Shown here one piece after another: positions 23,049 through 33,389 of a stretch of DNA of 64,000 bases. Source of the DNA: Eledone cirrhosa. Its lineage: Eukaryota. The translations under genes and the position numbers were made by a program. Each line of letters begins with the position of its first letter. Positions within the stretch are counted from its first letter, which is position 1. The stretch lies in the NCBI GenBank assembly GCA_964016885.1, contig OZ024741.1, positions 150,102,001 to 150,166,000 of the forward strand, in the 5' to 3' direction. The notes under the pieces are model-generated. The model saw only the letters and a program-made list of their open reading frames with translations, searched no databases and had not been told where the DNA came from.

Positions 23049-26027
23049 TCACATAGTTTGTGTTGGCGTTGTTGTTGTTGTTGGTGATGTTGATATAGTT
23101 GTAGTTATTGTTGGTGTTGTAGTTGTTGTTGGTGTTGTTGTTGTTGGTGTTGTTGATATGGTTGTAGTTGTTGTTGGTGTTGTTGTTGTTGTTGGTGATG
23201 TTGATATAGTTGTAGTTGTTGTTGGTGTTGTTGTTGTTGTTGGTGTTGTTGTTGTTGTTGGTGTTGTTGATATGGTTGTAGTTGTTGTTGGTGTTGTAGT
23301 TGTTGTTGGTGTTGTAGTTGTTGTTGGTGTTGTTGTAGTTGTTGTTGGTGTTGTAGTTGTTGTTGGTGTTGTTGTTGTTGGTGTTGTTGATATGGTTGTA
23401 GTTGTTGTTGGTGTTGTTGTTGTTGGTGTTGTTGATATAGTTGGTGTTGTTGTTGTTGTTGGTGATGTTGATATAGTTGTAGTTGTTGTTGGTGTTGTAG
23501 TTGTTGTTGGTGTTGTTGTTGTTGTTGGTGTTGTTGTTGTTGTTGGTGTTGTTGGTGATGTTGATATAGTTGTAGTTGTTGTTGGTGTTGTTGTTGTTGT
23601 TGGTGATGTTGATATAGTTGTAGTTGTTGTTGGTGTTGTAGTTGTTGGTGATGTTGATATAGTTGTAGTTGTTGTTGGTGTTGTAGTTGTTGTTGGTGTT
23701 GTTGTTGTTGTTGGTGTTGTAGTTGTTGTTGGTGTTGTTGTTGTTGTTGGTGTTGTTGTTGTTGTTGTTGGTGTTGTTGATATAGTTGTAGTTGTTGTTG
23801 GTGTTGTAGTTGTTGTTGGTGATGTTGTTGTTGTTGGTGATGTTGATATAGTTGTAGTTGTTGTTGGTGTTGTTGTTGTTGTTGGTGATGTTGATATAGT
23901 TGTAGTTGTTGTTGGTGTTGTAGTTGTTGTTGGTGATGTTGATATAGTTGTTGTTGGTGTTGTTGTTGTTGTTGGTGTTGTAGTTGTTGTTGGTGTTGTA
24001 GTTGTTGTTGGTGTTGTTGTTGTTGTTGGTGTTGTTGTTGTTGTTGTTGGTGTTGTTGATATAGTTGTAGTTGTTGTTGGTGTTGTAGTTGTTGTTGGTG
24101 ATGTTGTTGTTGTTGGTGATGTTGATATAGTTGTAGTTGTTGTTGGTGTTGTTGTTGTTGGTGTTGTTGATATAGTTGTAGTTGTTGTTGGTGTTGTTGT
24201 TGTTGTTGGTGATGTTGATATAGTTGTAGTTGTTGTTGGTGTTGTTGTTGTTGTTGGTGTTGTAGTTGTTGTTGGTGTTGTAGTTGTTGTTGGTGTTGTA
24301 GTTATTGTTGGTGTTGTAGTTGTTGTTGGTTTTGTAGTTGTTGTTGGTGATGTTGATATAGTTGTAGTTGTTGTTGGTGTTGTTGTTGTTGTTGGTGATG
24401 TTGATATAGTTGTACTTGTTGTTGGTGTTGTTGTTGTTGTTGGTGATGTTGATATAGTTGTAGTTGTTGTTGGTGTTGTTGTTGTTGTTGGTGTTGTAGT
24501 TGTTGTTGGTGTTGTTGTTGTTGTTGGTGATGTTGATATAGTTGTACTTGTTGTTGGTGTTGTTGTTGTTGTTGGTGATGTTGATATAGTTGTAGTTGTT
24601 GTTGGTGTTGTTGTTGTTGTTGGTGATGTTGATATAGTTGTACTTGTTGTTGGTGTTGTTGTTGTTGTTGGTGATGTTGATATAGTTGTAGTTGTTGTTG
24701 GTGTTGTTGTTGTTGTTGGTGTTGTAGTTGTTGTTGGTGTTGTTGTTGTTGTTGGTGATGTTGATACAGTTGTACTTGTTGTTGGTGTTGTTGTTGTTGT
24801 TGGTGATGTTGATATAGTTGTAGTTGTTGTTGGTGTTGTTGTTGTTGTTGGTGATGTTGATATAGTTGTACTTGTTGTTGGTGTTGTTGTTGTTGTTGGT
24901 GATGTTGATATAGTTGTAGTTGTTGTTGGTGTTGTTGTTGTTGGTGTTGTAGTTGTTGTTGGTATTGTTGTTGTTGTTGGTGATATTGATATAGTTGTAG
25001 TTGTTGTTGGTGTTGTTGTTGTTGTTGGTGATGTTGATATAGTTGTACTTGTTGTTGGTGTTGTTGTTGTTGTTGGTGATGTTGATATAGTTGTAGTTGT
25101 TGTTGGTGTTGTTGTTGTTGTTGGTGTTGTTGATATAGTTGTAGTTGTTGTTGGTGTTGTTGTTGTTGTTGGTGATGTTGATATAGTTGTAGTTGTTGTT
25201 GGTGTTGTTGTTGTTGTTGGTGATGTTGATATAGTTGTACTTGTTGTTGGTGTTGTTGTTGTTGTTGGTGATGTTGATATAGTTGTAGTTGTTGTTGGTG
25301 TTGTTGTTGTTGTTGGTGTTGTAGTTGTTGTTGGTGTTGTTGTTGTTGTTGGTGATGTTGATATAGTTGTAATTGTTGGTGTTGTTGTTGTTGTTGGTGT
25401 TGTTGTTGTTGGTGTTGTAGTTGTTGTTGGTGTTGTAGTTATTGTTGGTGTTGTAGTTGTTGTTGGTTTTGTAGTTGTTGTTGGTGTTGTAGTTGTTTTT
25501 GGTGTTGTTGTTGTTGTTGGTGTTGTTGTTGTTGTTGGTGTTGTAGTTGTTGTTGGTGTTGTTGTTGTTGTTGGTGATGTTGATATAGTTGTAGTTGTTG
25601 TTGGTGTTGTTGTTGTTGTTGGTGTTGTTGTTGTTGTTGGTGTTGTTGTTGTTGTTGGTGTTGTAGTTATTGTTGGTGTTGTAGTTGTTGTTGGTGTTGT
25701 AGTTGTTGTTGGTGTTGTAGTTGTTGTTGGTGTTGTAGTTGTTGTTGGTGTTGTTGATATAGTTGTAGTTATTGTTGGTGTTGTAGTTGTTGTTGGTGTT
25801 GTAGTTGTTGTTGGTGTTGTTGATATAGTTGTAGTTGTTGTTGGTGTTGTAGTTGTTGTTGGTGATGTTGTTGTTGTTGGTGATGTTGATATAGTTGTAG
25901 TTATTGTTGACGTTGTAGTTGTTGTTGTTGTTATGGTCGTGGTAGTGGCGTTGTAGTTGTTGCTGTTGTTAGTGGTTGTTAGTGTAGTAGTAGTTGTTGC
26001 TGTTTTCGGTAGTGTTGTTGTTGGTGG
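23049..26027 (-). CDS. Putative mucin-like PTS (Thr/Pro/Ser-rich) exon, or an (AAC)n-derived minisatellite
   Basis: One minus frame reads ~990 codons of TTTTPTTTTTISTSPTTTTTP between TAA 26028-26030 and TGA 23049-23051 (ends translated by hand; the middle inferred from the repeat units). No Met start, so absent from the ORF track. Confidence 0.5.
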   Translation of the reverse strand, partial: PPTTTLPKTATTTTTLTTTNNSNNYNATTTTITTTTTTTSTITTTISTSPTTTTSPTTTTTPTTTTTISTTPTTTTTPTTTTTPTITTTISTTPTTTTTPTTTTTPTTTTTPTTTTTPTITTTPTTTTTPTTTTTPTTTTTPTTTTTISTSPTTTTTPTTTTTPTTTTTPTTTTTPKTTTTPTTTTKPTTTTTPTITTTPTTTTTPTTTTPTTTTTPTITTISTSPTTTTTPTTTTTPTTTTTPTTTTTISTSPTTTTTPTTSTTISTSPTTTTTPTTTTTISTSPTTTTTPTTTTTISTTPTTTTTPTTTTTISTSPTTTTTPTTSTTISTSPTTTTTPTTTTTISISPTTTTIPTTTTTPTTTTPTTTTTISTSPTTTTTPTTSTTISTSPTTTTTPTTTTTISTSPTTTTTPTTSTTVSTSPTTTTTPTTTTTPTTTTTPTTTTTISTSPTTTTTPTTSTTISTSPTTTTTPTTTTTISTSPTTTTTPTTSTTISTSPTTTTTPTTTTTPTTTTTPTTTTTISTSPTTTTTPTTSTTISTSPTTTTTPTTTTTISTSPTTTTKPTTTTTPTITTTPTTTTTPTTTTTPTTTTTPTTTTTISTSPTTTTTPTTTTTISTTPTTTTPTTTTTISTSPTTTTSPTTTTTPTTTTTISTTPTTTTTTPTTTTTPTTTTTPTTTTTPTTTTTPTTTISTSPTTTTTPTTTTTISTSPTTTTTPTTTTTISTSPTTTTSPTTTTTPTTTTTISTTPTTTTTTPTTTTTPTTTTTPTTTTTPTTTTTPTTTTTISTSPTTTTPTTTTTISTSPTTTTTPTTTTTISTSPTTPTTTTTPTTTTTPTTTTTPTTTTTISTSPTTTTTPTISTTPTTTTPTTTTTISTTPTTTTPTTTTTPTTTTTTPTTTTTPTTTTTPTTTTTISTTPTTTTTPTTTTTPTTTTTISTSPTTTTTPTTTTTISTTPTTTTPTTTTTPTITTTISTSPTTTTTPTQTM

Positions 26028-26262
26028 TTATAATAGTAGGTGTAGCTGTCGACGTAATTAGAGTTGTTGTTGTACTAACAGAAAATAGTAGTTGTTGTCA
26101 TTGTCGTCGTCGTTGTTGTTGTAGCTGTTATTACTGTTGTTATTCTTGCTTCTCTTGCTCTTTGGTTACGAAATGTGGAAGTCACATTTTCCGGAACTCA
26201 ATAATTGTGTATTATAAACACCACTACCACTAACAACAATTCTAACATTATTTCATTATGAG

Positions 26263-26455
26263 GGTGGTGGTGGATTGGCAGTGTCGGTAGGTGGTCAGAC
26301 GCCATGCTTTGCAGCACAGTTATGTCCCTTTACGGACTGAGTTCAAATCCCGCCGAGGTTAACTTTGCCTTTCTTCCTTACGAGGTCGATAAAATAAAGT
26401 ACCAGTAATATACTGGGTAATTGCTGGCCTTGTGCCAAAAGTAGAAACAATTATT
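26263..26455 (+). mobile_element. Octopus-type tRNA-derived SINE
   Basis: GGATTGGCAG...CTGAGTTCAAATCCCGCCGAGGTTAACTTTGCC...GTCGATAAAATAAAGTACCAG...GGCCTTGTGCCAAAAGTAGAAAC. Confidence 0.85.
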
Positions 26456-26479
26456 TCATTATTAGGATTAAATGGAGAA

Positions 26480-26812
26480 GACTAAATGTATGTTTTGGAC
26501 CTCTGTCGATTCCGACGACGAGTGTTCCAGTTCATTCAATCAACGAAACAACCTGCTCGCAAAATCAAAACAAGTGACTGACCATTCCATAGACACATGT
26601 TTCTTTAACGTCATTTCTAAGGAGATTCAGCACAGCGTAAGGTATGAAAAGGGCAGCCTTTTGAATTATAGGTACGATTAATTTTTGCCAGCTGAGAAGA
26701 CTAAAGCAACGCGAATTAAAGTGTCTTCCTCAAAGACACAAAGCACCATCGGGGATCGAACTCACGACCTTAAGATCCTGAACATAACACCCTAACTATT
26801 AAGCTGCATGCC
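26480..26812 (-). mobile_element. tRNA-derived SINE (second family)
   Basis: Minus GGCATGCAGCTTAATAGTTAGGG...GAGTTCGATCCCC...TCTTTGAGGAAGACACTTTA; related to 18261 and ~50770-51008. Confidence 0.7.
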
Positions 26813-27069
26813 TTTATAAGTAGAAACAGTAGACTGTCCGATAAAATGCTTTGTCATGTTATTTAGTCTCGCATCTTTTATGCTCCAAGTTGGAACCACG
26901 TCTGGGTCTATTTTGCGTTTTACTCTTCTCTGACTGCTAAAATAAAGCAACAGTGATATATTTCTTACCTGTGCCTCTCACGTTTACCAACGACCCATAG
27001 GGATTTTCTTGATCACAATGTGCTTGTCAAAGAATTTTTGGAGAATAAAATTGTGGTATGTATGTATGT

Positions 27070-27943
27070 TCTGGTTTTATAATTTCACAAATTTTTGCCA
27101 ATAGAGAGAGAGTCGGTTTCTAACATAGACACAAGACTCTCTCATTGGAATTTACACAACATCAACTAGGTATATATGTATGCATATGTGTGCAGGTATG
27201 GATGCTATTGTATATGTGGATGTGAATGTTTTGAGTTGTATGTGTGCATGTGCATATGCTTTGTACATGTGTACATGCAGTTATAAGATGCAGGATCTTT
27301 TGAATGTTTTACATATTTTTACTGTTCCATTAAGGGATTATACTTGTAATTTCCTAACTAGTCGTATTATTTCTATTTCTGTGAAGCCCAGCTTCTCAAG
27401 ATTTGTATTGAGGCAGTTATTAACACATCCCAGTGCCTCAATAATTACAGGATTAAATCTGAAGGTATAGCCAGGGTGGAGTATCTGAAGATTTCTCATC
27501 AGTTCTGCAAAGATATTCTCCTTTTCGCTAATTTTTGATATTATATTGGCATCTTCTGGGCAGATAACTTCCACTACTGTGCATGCCTTCTTTTCCCTGT
27601 CCCATATTATAATATCTGGTCTGTTATGTCTGCATTTTATTGAGGTTTTTACTGGAACATTCCACCAGTACTCTTTCATATTATGTATATGTCTTCCACA
27701 TTGCTGTAGCTTTTAATGTGTTTATTATCAGGGCTATCCTTTCTACAGATTGCACTATACAGTGTTTTGGCCAATACATCATGCCTCATAGGTAGATAGT
27801 ACCGCAATGACATCTTTGGACAGCTGCTTATGACATGGGTGACATCTTCGATGTTAATTCTGCAGAATCTGCACTTGTCACATCTAGGTGTTTTGTCTGC
27901 ATCCCTATCTCTTTTGTGAATCAGGTATTTCGAGTTGATTTCC
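27070..27943 (-). mobile_element. 5'-truncated R4/Dong-type LINE copy A (zinc knuckle + REL endonuclease + 3' UTR)
   Basis: CRFC...EDVTHVISSCP, RHD, HNRPDIIIWD...VVEVICP; bounded by (GTAT)n on both sides. Confidence 0.85.
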
Positions 27944-28030
27944 TGTATGTATGTATGTATGTATGTATGTATGTATGTATGTATGTATGTATGTATGTAT
28001 GTATGTATGTATGTATGTATGTATGTATGT
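27944..28030. repeat. (GTAT)n / (TACA)n microsatellite between the two R4-type copies
   Basis: Direct reading. Confidence 0.95.
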
Positions 28031-31000
28031 TCTTCTGGTTTTATAATTTCACAAAGTTTTACCAATAGAGAGAGAGGGTTGGTTTCTAACATAGACACAA
28101 GACTCTCTCATTAGAATTTACACAACATCAACTAGGTAGATATGTATGTATGTGTAGATATGGATGTTATTGTATATGTGGATGTGTATGTTTTGAGTTG
28201 TATGTATGCATGTGTATATGCTTTGTATCTGTACATGTGTATATGCAGTTATTAGATGCAAAATGTTTGGAATGTTTTACATATTTTTACTGTTCCATTA
28301 ATGGATTGTACTTGTAATTTCCTAACTAGTTGTGTTCTTCCTGTTCCTGTGAAGCCTAGCTTCTCAAGATTTGTATTGAGGTAGTTACTAACATATCCCA
28401 GTGCCCCAATAATCACAGGCATAAATCTGAAGTTCCAACATCAACTGCTCGGATTTCGTCTATCGTCCAATTGAGTATTCCAAACGTTAGTGTTAGAACA
28501 GGCACAGCAAACACATTGTGAGCCACTGTTTTGTTTTGCGCAGAGAGTTCCGATGACCAGATCTTTCTTAATCTGGTGTAGTATTCCCTGGTTACGCGTT
28601 CCTTATTACCGATACCATTATAGGATATGTTCTCATCTATCCCCGGGTATCTGTAGCAGTCCTCATCAGATATCGGGGAAACAGTTAGGCCATTGATGAC
28701 AATGTTGCTAGGTTGGGTTGTTGTTTCTCCCCGCTTTACAGTCATGTATGAGCATTTATCTTGGCCAAACTCCATTCCTATATCCTTTCAGAACGTTGTA
28801 ACCAGGTCAAGATTTTTCTTCATCCCATCCATGTTCTTGGCATAGAGTTTCAGATCATCCACAAAGAAATTATGGGTTAGGTTCGTATTTCTGTCCTCCT
28901 GTGAGCCAATGATGTATCCCTCACATTTCTTGAGCAGAAAGGACAAGGGGTTTAATGACAAGATGAATAATATCACAGAGAAACTGTCCCCCTGAAATAT
29001 ACCCCTGCAATATTTTATTTTATCAGTGAAAATAGAGTCCTCCCTCTCAGTCTTTAACCTTAGGATAGTAGCCCAAGAAGAAGACAGCCTCTCTATGGCT
29101 CTGACAATAATGTCTGGGACTTTAGCAAGTTGGAGGGCCTCTATCATCCAAGAGTGGGGAACAGAATCGAAAGCTTTCCTGTAGTCCAGCCAGACTGTAG
29201 TCATATTCCTCCTAAGTTGTCGCACCTCCGACATCGCAGTTTTGTTGATTAGGAGTTGTTCAGCACATCCCCAAACCCCTTTCTTTCCAGCTGCTTGTTC
29301 ATCTGTGATGATGTTATTATTTTCACAGTGATCTTGGAGGAATAGGTTCAGGAAGGCTGTATACATCTTATACATCAGGTTCTGGCATGCAATGGGTCGG
29401 TAGTTTTTTGCCAAGTGGGTGTCTTTGTTCTTGGGGACCAGTAATGTTTGTGCTAATGTCAACCATTCTGGTATAAGTGTATCTCTCTTAAGAACTTGTT
29501 GGTAGAGGTCAGTAAGATACCTCCGATAGAATATCAGTTCTTTGTACCATAAGCCGACAATCATGTCTCTTCCTGGTGTTATCTTGGAGTTTTCCTATCA
29601 CAGTCTCAAGGGTACCCTCACTTATTTCGTATGTTTTTGTTGTAGTGTAGGAGCAATAGTTCTTTCGGATTTCTCTTAGCCACACTGCATCTTGGTTGAA
29701 ATTCTTCTTTTCACCCCCACATTTTTCTCCAAAAGGAATCTATGTCTTTCTGGGATGGGGCCTCAGTGAAACTTATTATTTTGCCCTTCATATCTCTATA
29801 GACTGATGTTTGGTTTCGTCTGAATCTTTTATTAAGCACTTTTCTCTCATCTACTTCTTCAGGTATCGGCGTTTTTCGCCAACAGCTCTCAATTCTTGTT
29901 TGAGGGTGATTAGCTTATATTGAAGAGTTCTGGTTCTACTGTTACCAAACATCGTCTCTATTTTATTTTTCACTCTTTGTTAGTGATTTCTTTTTGTGTT
30001 TGTTTGCATGTGAGGAGCATTGTCACATATCCTATGTTTTTTCGTAGGTCAGCAATCTTTTTTTCTATTTTAGTTATATATGATGGTATTTTTGGTGGTG
30101 TTTTGTTCTTGTTAATATCTCTGCTATCACCAAGATAATGCTTCACTGTCGTTACTAGGGCATATAAACAGGCGTTGATTTGCCAAAATGTTGGGGTTTT
30201 TATCTGTCGTAAATATTCATCTACTATTTCGTCAATAACACATAGTATTTCATTATTTGTTTTTTTTTAATTCAACATTGTCGTTTTAACACGTCCAGCA
30301 AGAGAGATATTTATATATGAGTTAATTTCTCTCTGGAAGATTTCGTTGCTGGAAATTTTCAATTGTTTATACTTTTGATTATCACTATCGATAGTATTTT
30401 CCACAACAGTCGAGGTAGACTCGGATGGTACACGCGGTGTCACATTTATTCGATTATTATTATTATCGATAGTGTTTTCCCCAGCATTCGAGGTAGACTT
30501 AGATGGTACAGGTGGTGTCAAGTTTCTTACAGGCATACTTGATTCAAGGCGCTGTTCGACCTGGCTGCTAGGAAGTCTAGTAGCATGGCGATATGTAGCA
30601 CGTGTTGTTGATAACATGTTTGTTGTTGGGGAGTTACAATTAATAATATTTATCTTATTTTTACTTTCAACAAACGTCGCTTGTTGGCGTAATTGTTTCG
30701 CTGTGAAATAATTTAGCTCTGGGTGCATTTCGTCCCAGTGTAGCTTCATTCTATTCATATAGCCAATGGAGGGATTGTTTTTTGCCATTTTATAACAATT
30801 AAATAAATCATTATTAAGTTCGCAACTCCAAGAGAAATGCGATTTATAATTTCGGTTTCTTCTGTAGCTACAACTGAATAAAGTTTGATTACCTTCCTTG
30901 TTATTTGTCTTCGGTACTTCCTTAATTTTTTTGTTGATGTTGTGTTCAGCCATGCTGTTTGTAGCAAATCCTTGTAAAATGAATTATGTATTTAGTCGGA

Positions 31001-31169
31001 TATCTCTACCAATTCGAATAAAAGGTGTCTTCAGAAGGGATAGTTAGAAGGATAACCAGTTATTCAACCTGACTGTAGTTGTGGCATTACTGTCGGAGAT
31101 AGTATTCATCTTAAATTTAATAAATAGTCTCCCACGCCAAAATATGCGACTGATCGCGTTGACTGTCTA
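28031..31169 (-). mobile_element. R4/Dong-type LINE copy B with 5' end and RT, internally deleted for most of the zinc/REL region
   Basis: RT: NYRPIAC, EQAAG..GCAEQLLIN, WLDYRKAFDSVPHSW, GIFQGDS, FFVDDLKLY, MEFGQDKC; jumps at ~28432 to the REL tail and 3' UTR shared with copy A; N-terminal ORF from 30953. Confidence 0.88.
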
Positions 31170-31527
31170 GTATCTATGTATGTACGTATGTACGTATGTA
31201 CGTACCTACCTTTGTAAGTATGTATGTATGCACGTACGTACGTATGTATGTACGTACGTATGTATGTACGTACGAACGTATGTATGTATTTATGTATGTA
31301 TGAATCTATCTATCTATCTATCTCAGAGAAGATAGACGTGTTTTTGTTTCGCTCCTGCATTTTGTCGGAATTTATTACGAGAAGCGGTAGGTTTGTTTCA
31401 GTAACTTGTTATTTGTTCTGTTTAACTCCTCGCCTGGTCCTGCAGACGTTGTGTAAAATAAACTTCGCCCCTTTTTGGGGCGAAATTTAATAGTTATAAG
31501 TTGTCGATGAAAAGTTGTTTAGTGACA

Positions 31528-33346
31528 ATGGACGCCATTAATACGACACACGCCACGCCCCCCAAGGAAAGTGATAGAGAGAAGGTAGCAGCACAACGCT
31601 GTAAGCCTTCCCTCCTCACTCCCGCAAAAGACACCACGGAATCAAAAGAAAAAATTGTGGAAATGGGTGAAAACCCCAAAAGTAACAATTACACAAACAA
31701 GAACAACAATGACAATAACAACACAACCAACAACAGCAATAATGACAACACCAACAAAGGAAAAAAGCAAGCCAACACGAATAACAACAACAACAATGAT
31801 AACAACACGAAAGAAAACGGACCCACATCTGCAGTCTCCTTCGCACAGGCGGTCCGAGAAACGCAGGCATACAAGGCACAGTACATCTCGAATGCCACGA
31901 AATCGCTGAAAGAAGCAAGGAATTGTGTAACTTTCGGGGAAGGTGGGGAATTCACAATTACCTCCCCCGAAGAAATTAGAAGGGACATAGTCCTCAGGAC
32001 CGTAAGCTTTAGGACAGTTTCCAACACGACTAGGAAACCGGCTCAATTGTCCCAAAGCGAAATTGAGCTGATCCTAAATAGTGCCTGGAAGGATATCGCT
32101 TTCATACAGAAAGGGAATCTGTATGAAAGCATATCCGTTTTAATGCAAGATGAATTGGCGGCACGGAAATATTCTGTGTCGCCAATTGTATCCAAAGCAT
32201 ACACCTTTTCCCCCACATATTTGGGGAAAAGAACTCAAAAGATAAGAATCTCGGGCATCAGGCCAAATGCGAGCATTTGGTGGGTGTTAACAGGATTCTT
32301 AGAAGATGAGGACACAATCCTTTCGATAGGCGAATCCACCGGGGGCGTATTCGGCGGCAATAGCCTTGAAGTTCTGGTCCAAATGAGACCAGAACAGATA
32401 GCAAGAATACCGCAGCGTGTGTCACTGGATGAAGTCGCCTTCATAAACATTTCTGTTGAGGGCAGGCGGCCTCATGCTACCACTGTTCAAGAAGTGGTCA
32501 CCTGAGGGCTTCCTGTCCCCTTTTAAATGCCCCCCCAAAGACGCTTCTGCCCACCCCACACACAACAACACAACCACCACCACCACCACCAACACCACCA
32601 CCACAACAACCAACCACAACAACACGAAAAAATAACAACACAAGACACTGTCACACCCAACCCCACCCTACCTAAAACAAATACAAAAGCAACAACAACA
32701 AAACCCCAAAATATACCCCTCCCCAACAACACGGACGAGGACTTCTTATCAACGTCACCCAGTGACGAGGAGGGAGAACCCTTTCAACCGGTAAAAAGAA
32801 AGAAAAGAAGGCACCACATTAACAAAAATGCAACAAACACACAACCACCAGCACAAACATCACAAACAAAAAAACCCACCCCTCCCGAAAAGATAACACA
32901 TACTACAAAACGCAAACACACAAGAACAACAAACAAAAACAAACACAACACAACAAAAACAGTATACATACATCAACACAAACAACAAAACACTTGTGCA
33001 AACAATAGACAAAGACATTTTCCCTTCGGTGGAAACCGAAGGGAAAATGTTCACCAACGCGCCGACTAAACCGCATTTAAAAAAGATTAGGGTCCCAAGG
33101 GACACCTACGCAATGCTCAAACAGAACTTTCCCGAGGACGTGGGGAACCCCTGTACTAGACCTAGCAACCGCGTCCTCTTGAAATGTTTCCCCACCACCA
33201 CCCCATACACCCCTTCCCCACCAAACACCCCCATCCTACCACACACTGATGTCCCCACCACATCCCAAACCACCACCCCACCAAACAACCCCGCCAACAA
33301 CCCCATGGAAATTGTGCAGCCTGGTCCCCAGGAGAAGGACGGGTAG
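31528..33346 (+). pseudogene. LINE ORF1 copy 1 (frameshifted; zinc knuckle disrupted)
   Basis: Homologous to ORF1 of copies 2 and 3 (SFA, FRT, PSQSEIE, P.Y.GKRTQ, INISVEGRRP, NIPLP, PMEIVQP). Confidence 0.85.
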
Positions 33347-33389
33347 GTGTCTTTTCCTTTTTCTCCACTCTAAACTCTTCACCACCAAC

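Noticed and set aside
22969-25956. 995-aa poly-Val/Gly ORF on the plus strand
   Set aside because: Antisense shadow of the (ACA)-rich repeat; GTT repeats lack stops by composition and the product is implausible
27676-28098. 140-aa ORF joining a 3' UTR, HTYI repeats and a zinc knuckle
   Set aside because: Chance read-through across the junction of two LINE copies and (TACA)n
31020-31169. HDV-like ribozyme at the 5' end of the R4-type element
   Set aside because: Could not build the nested double pseudoknot by eye
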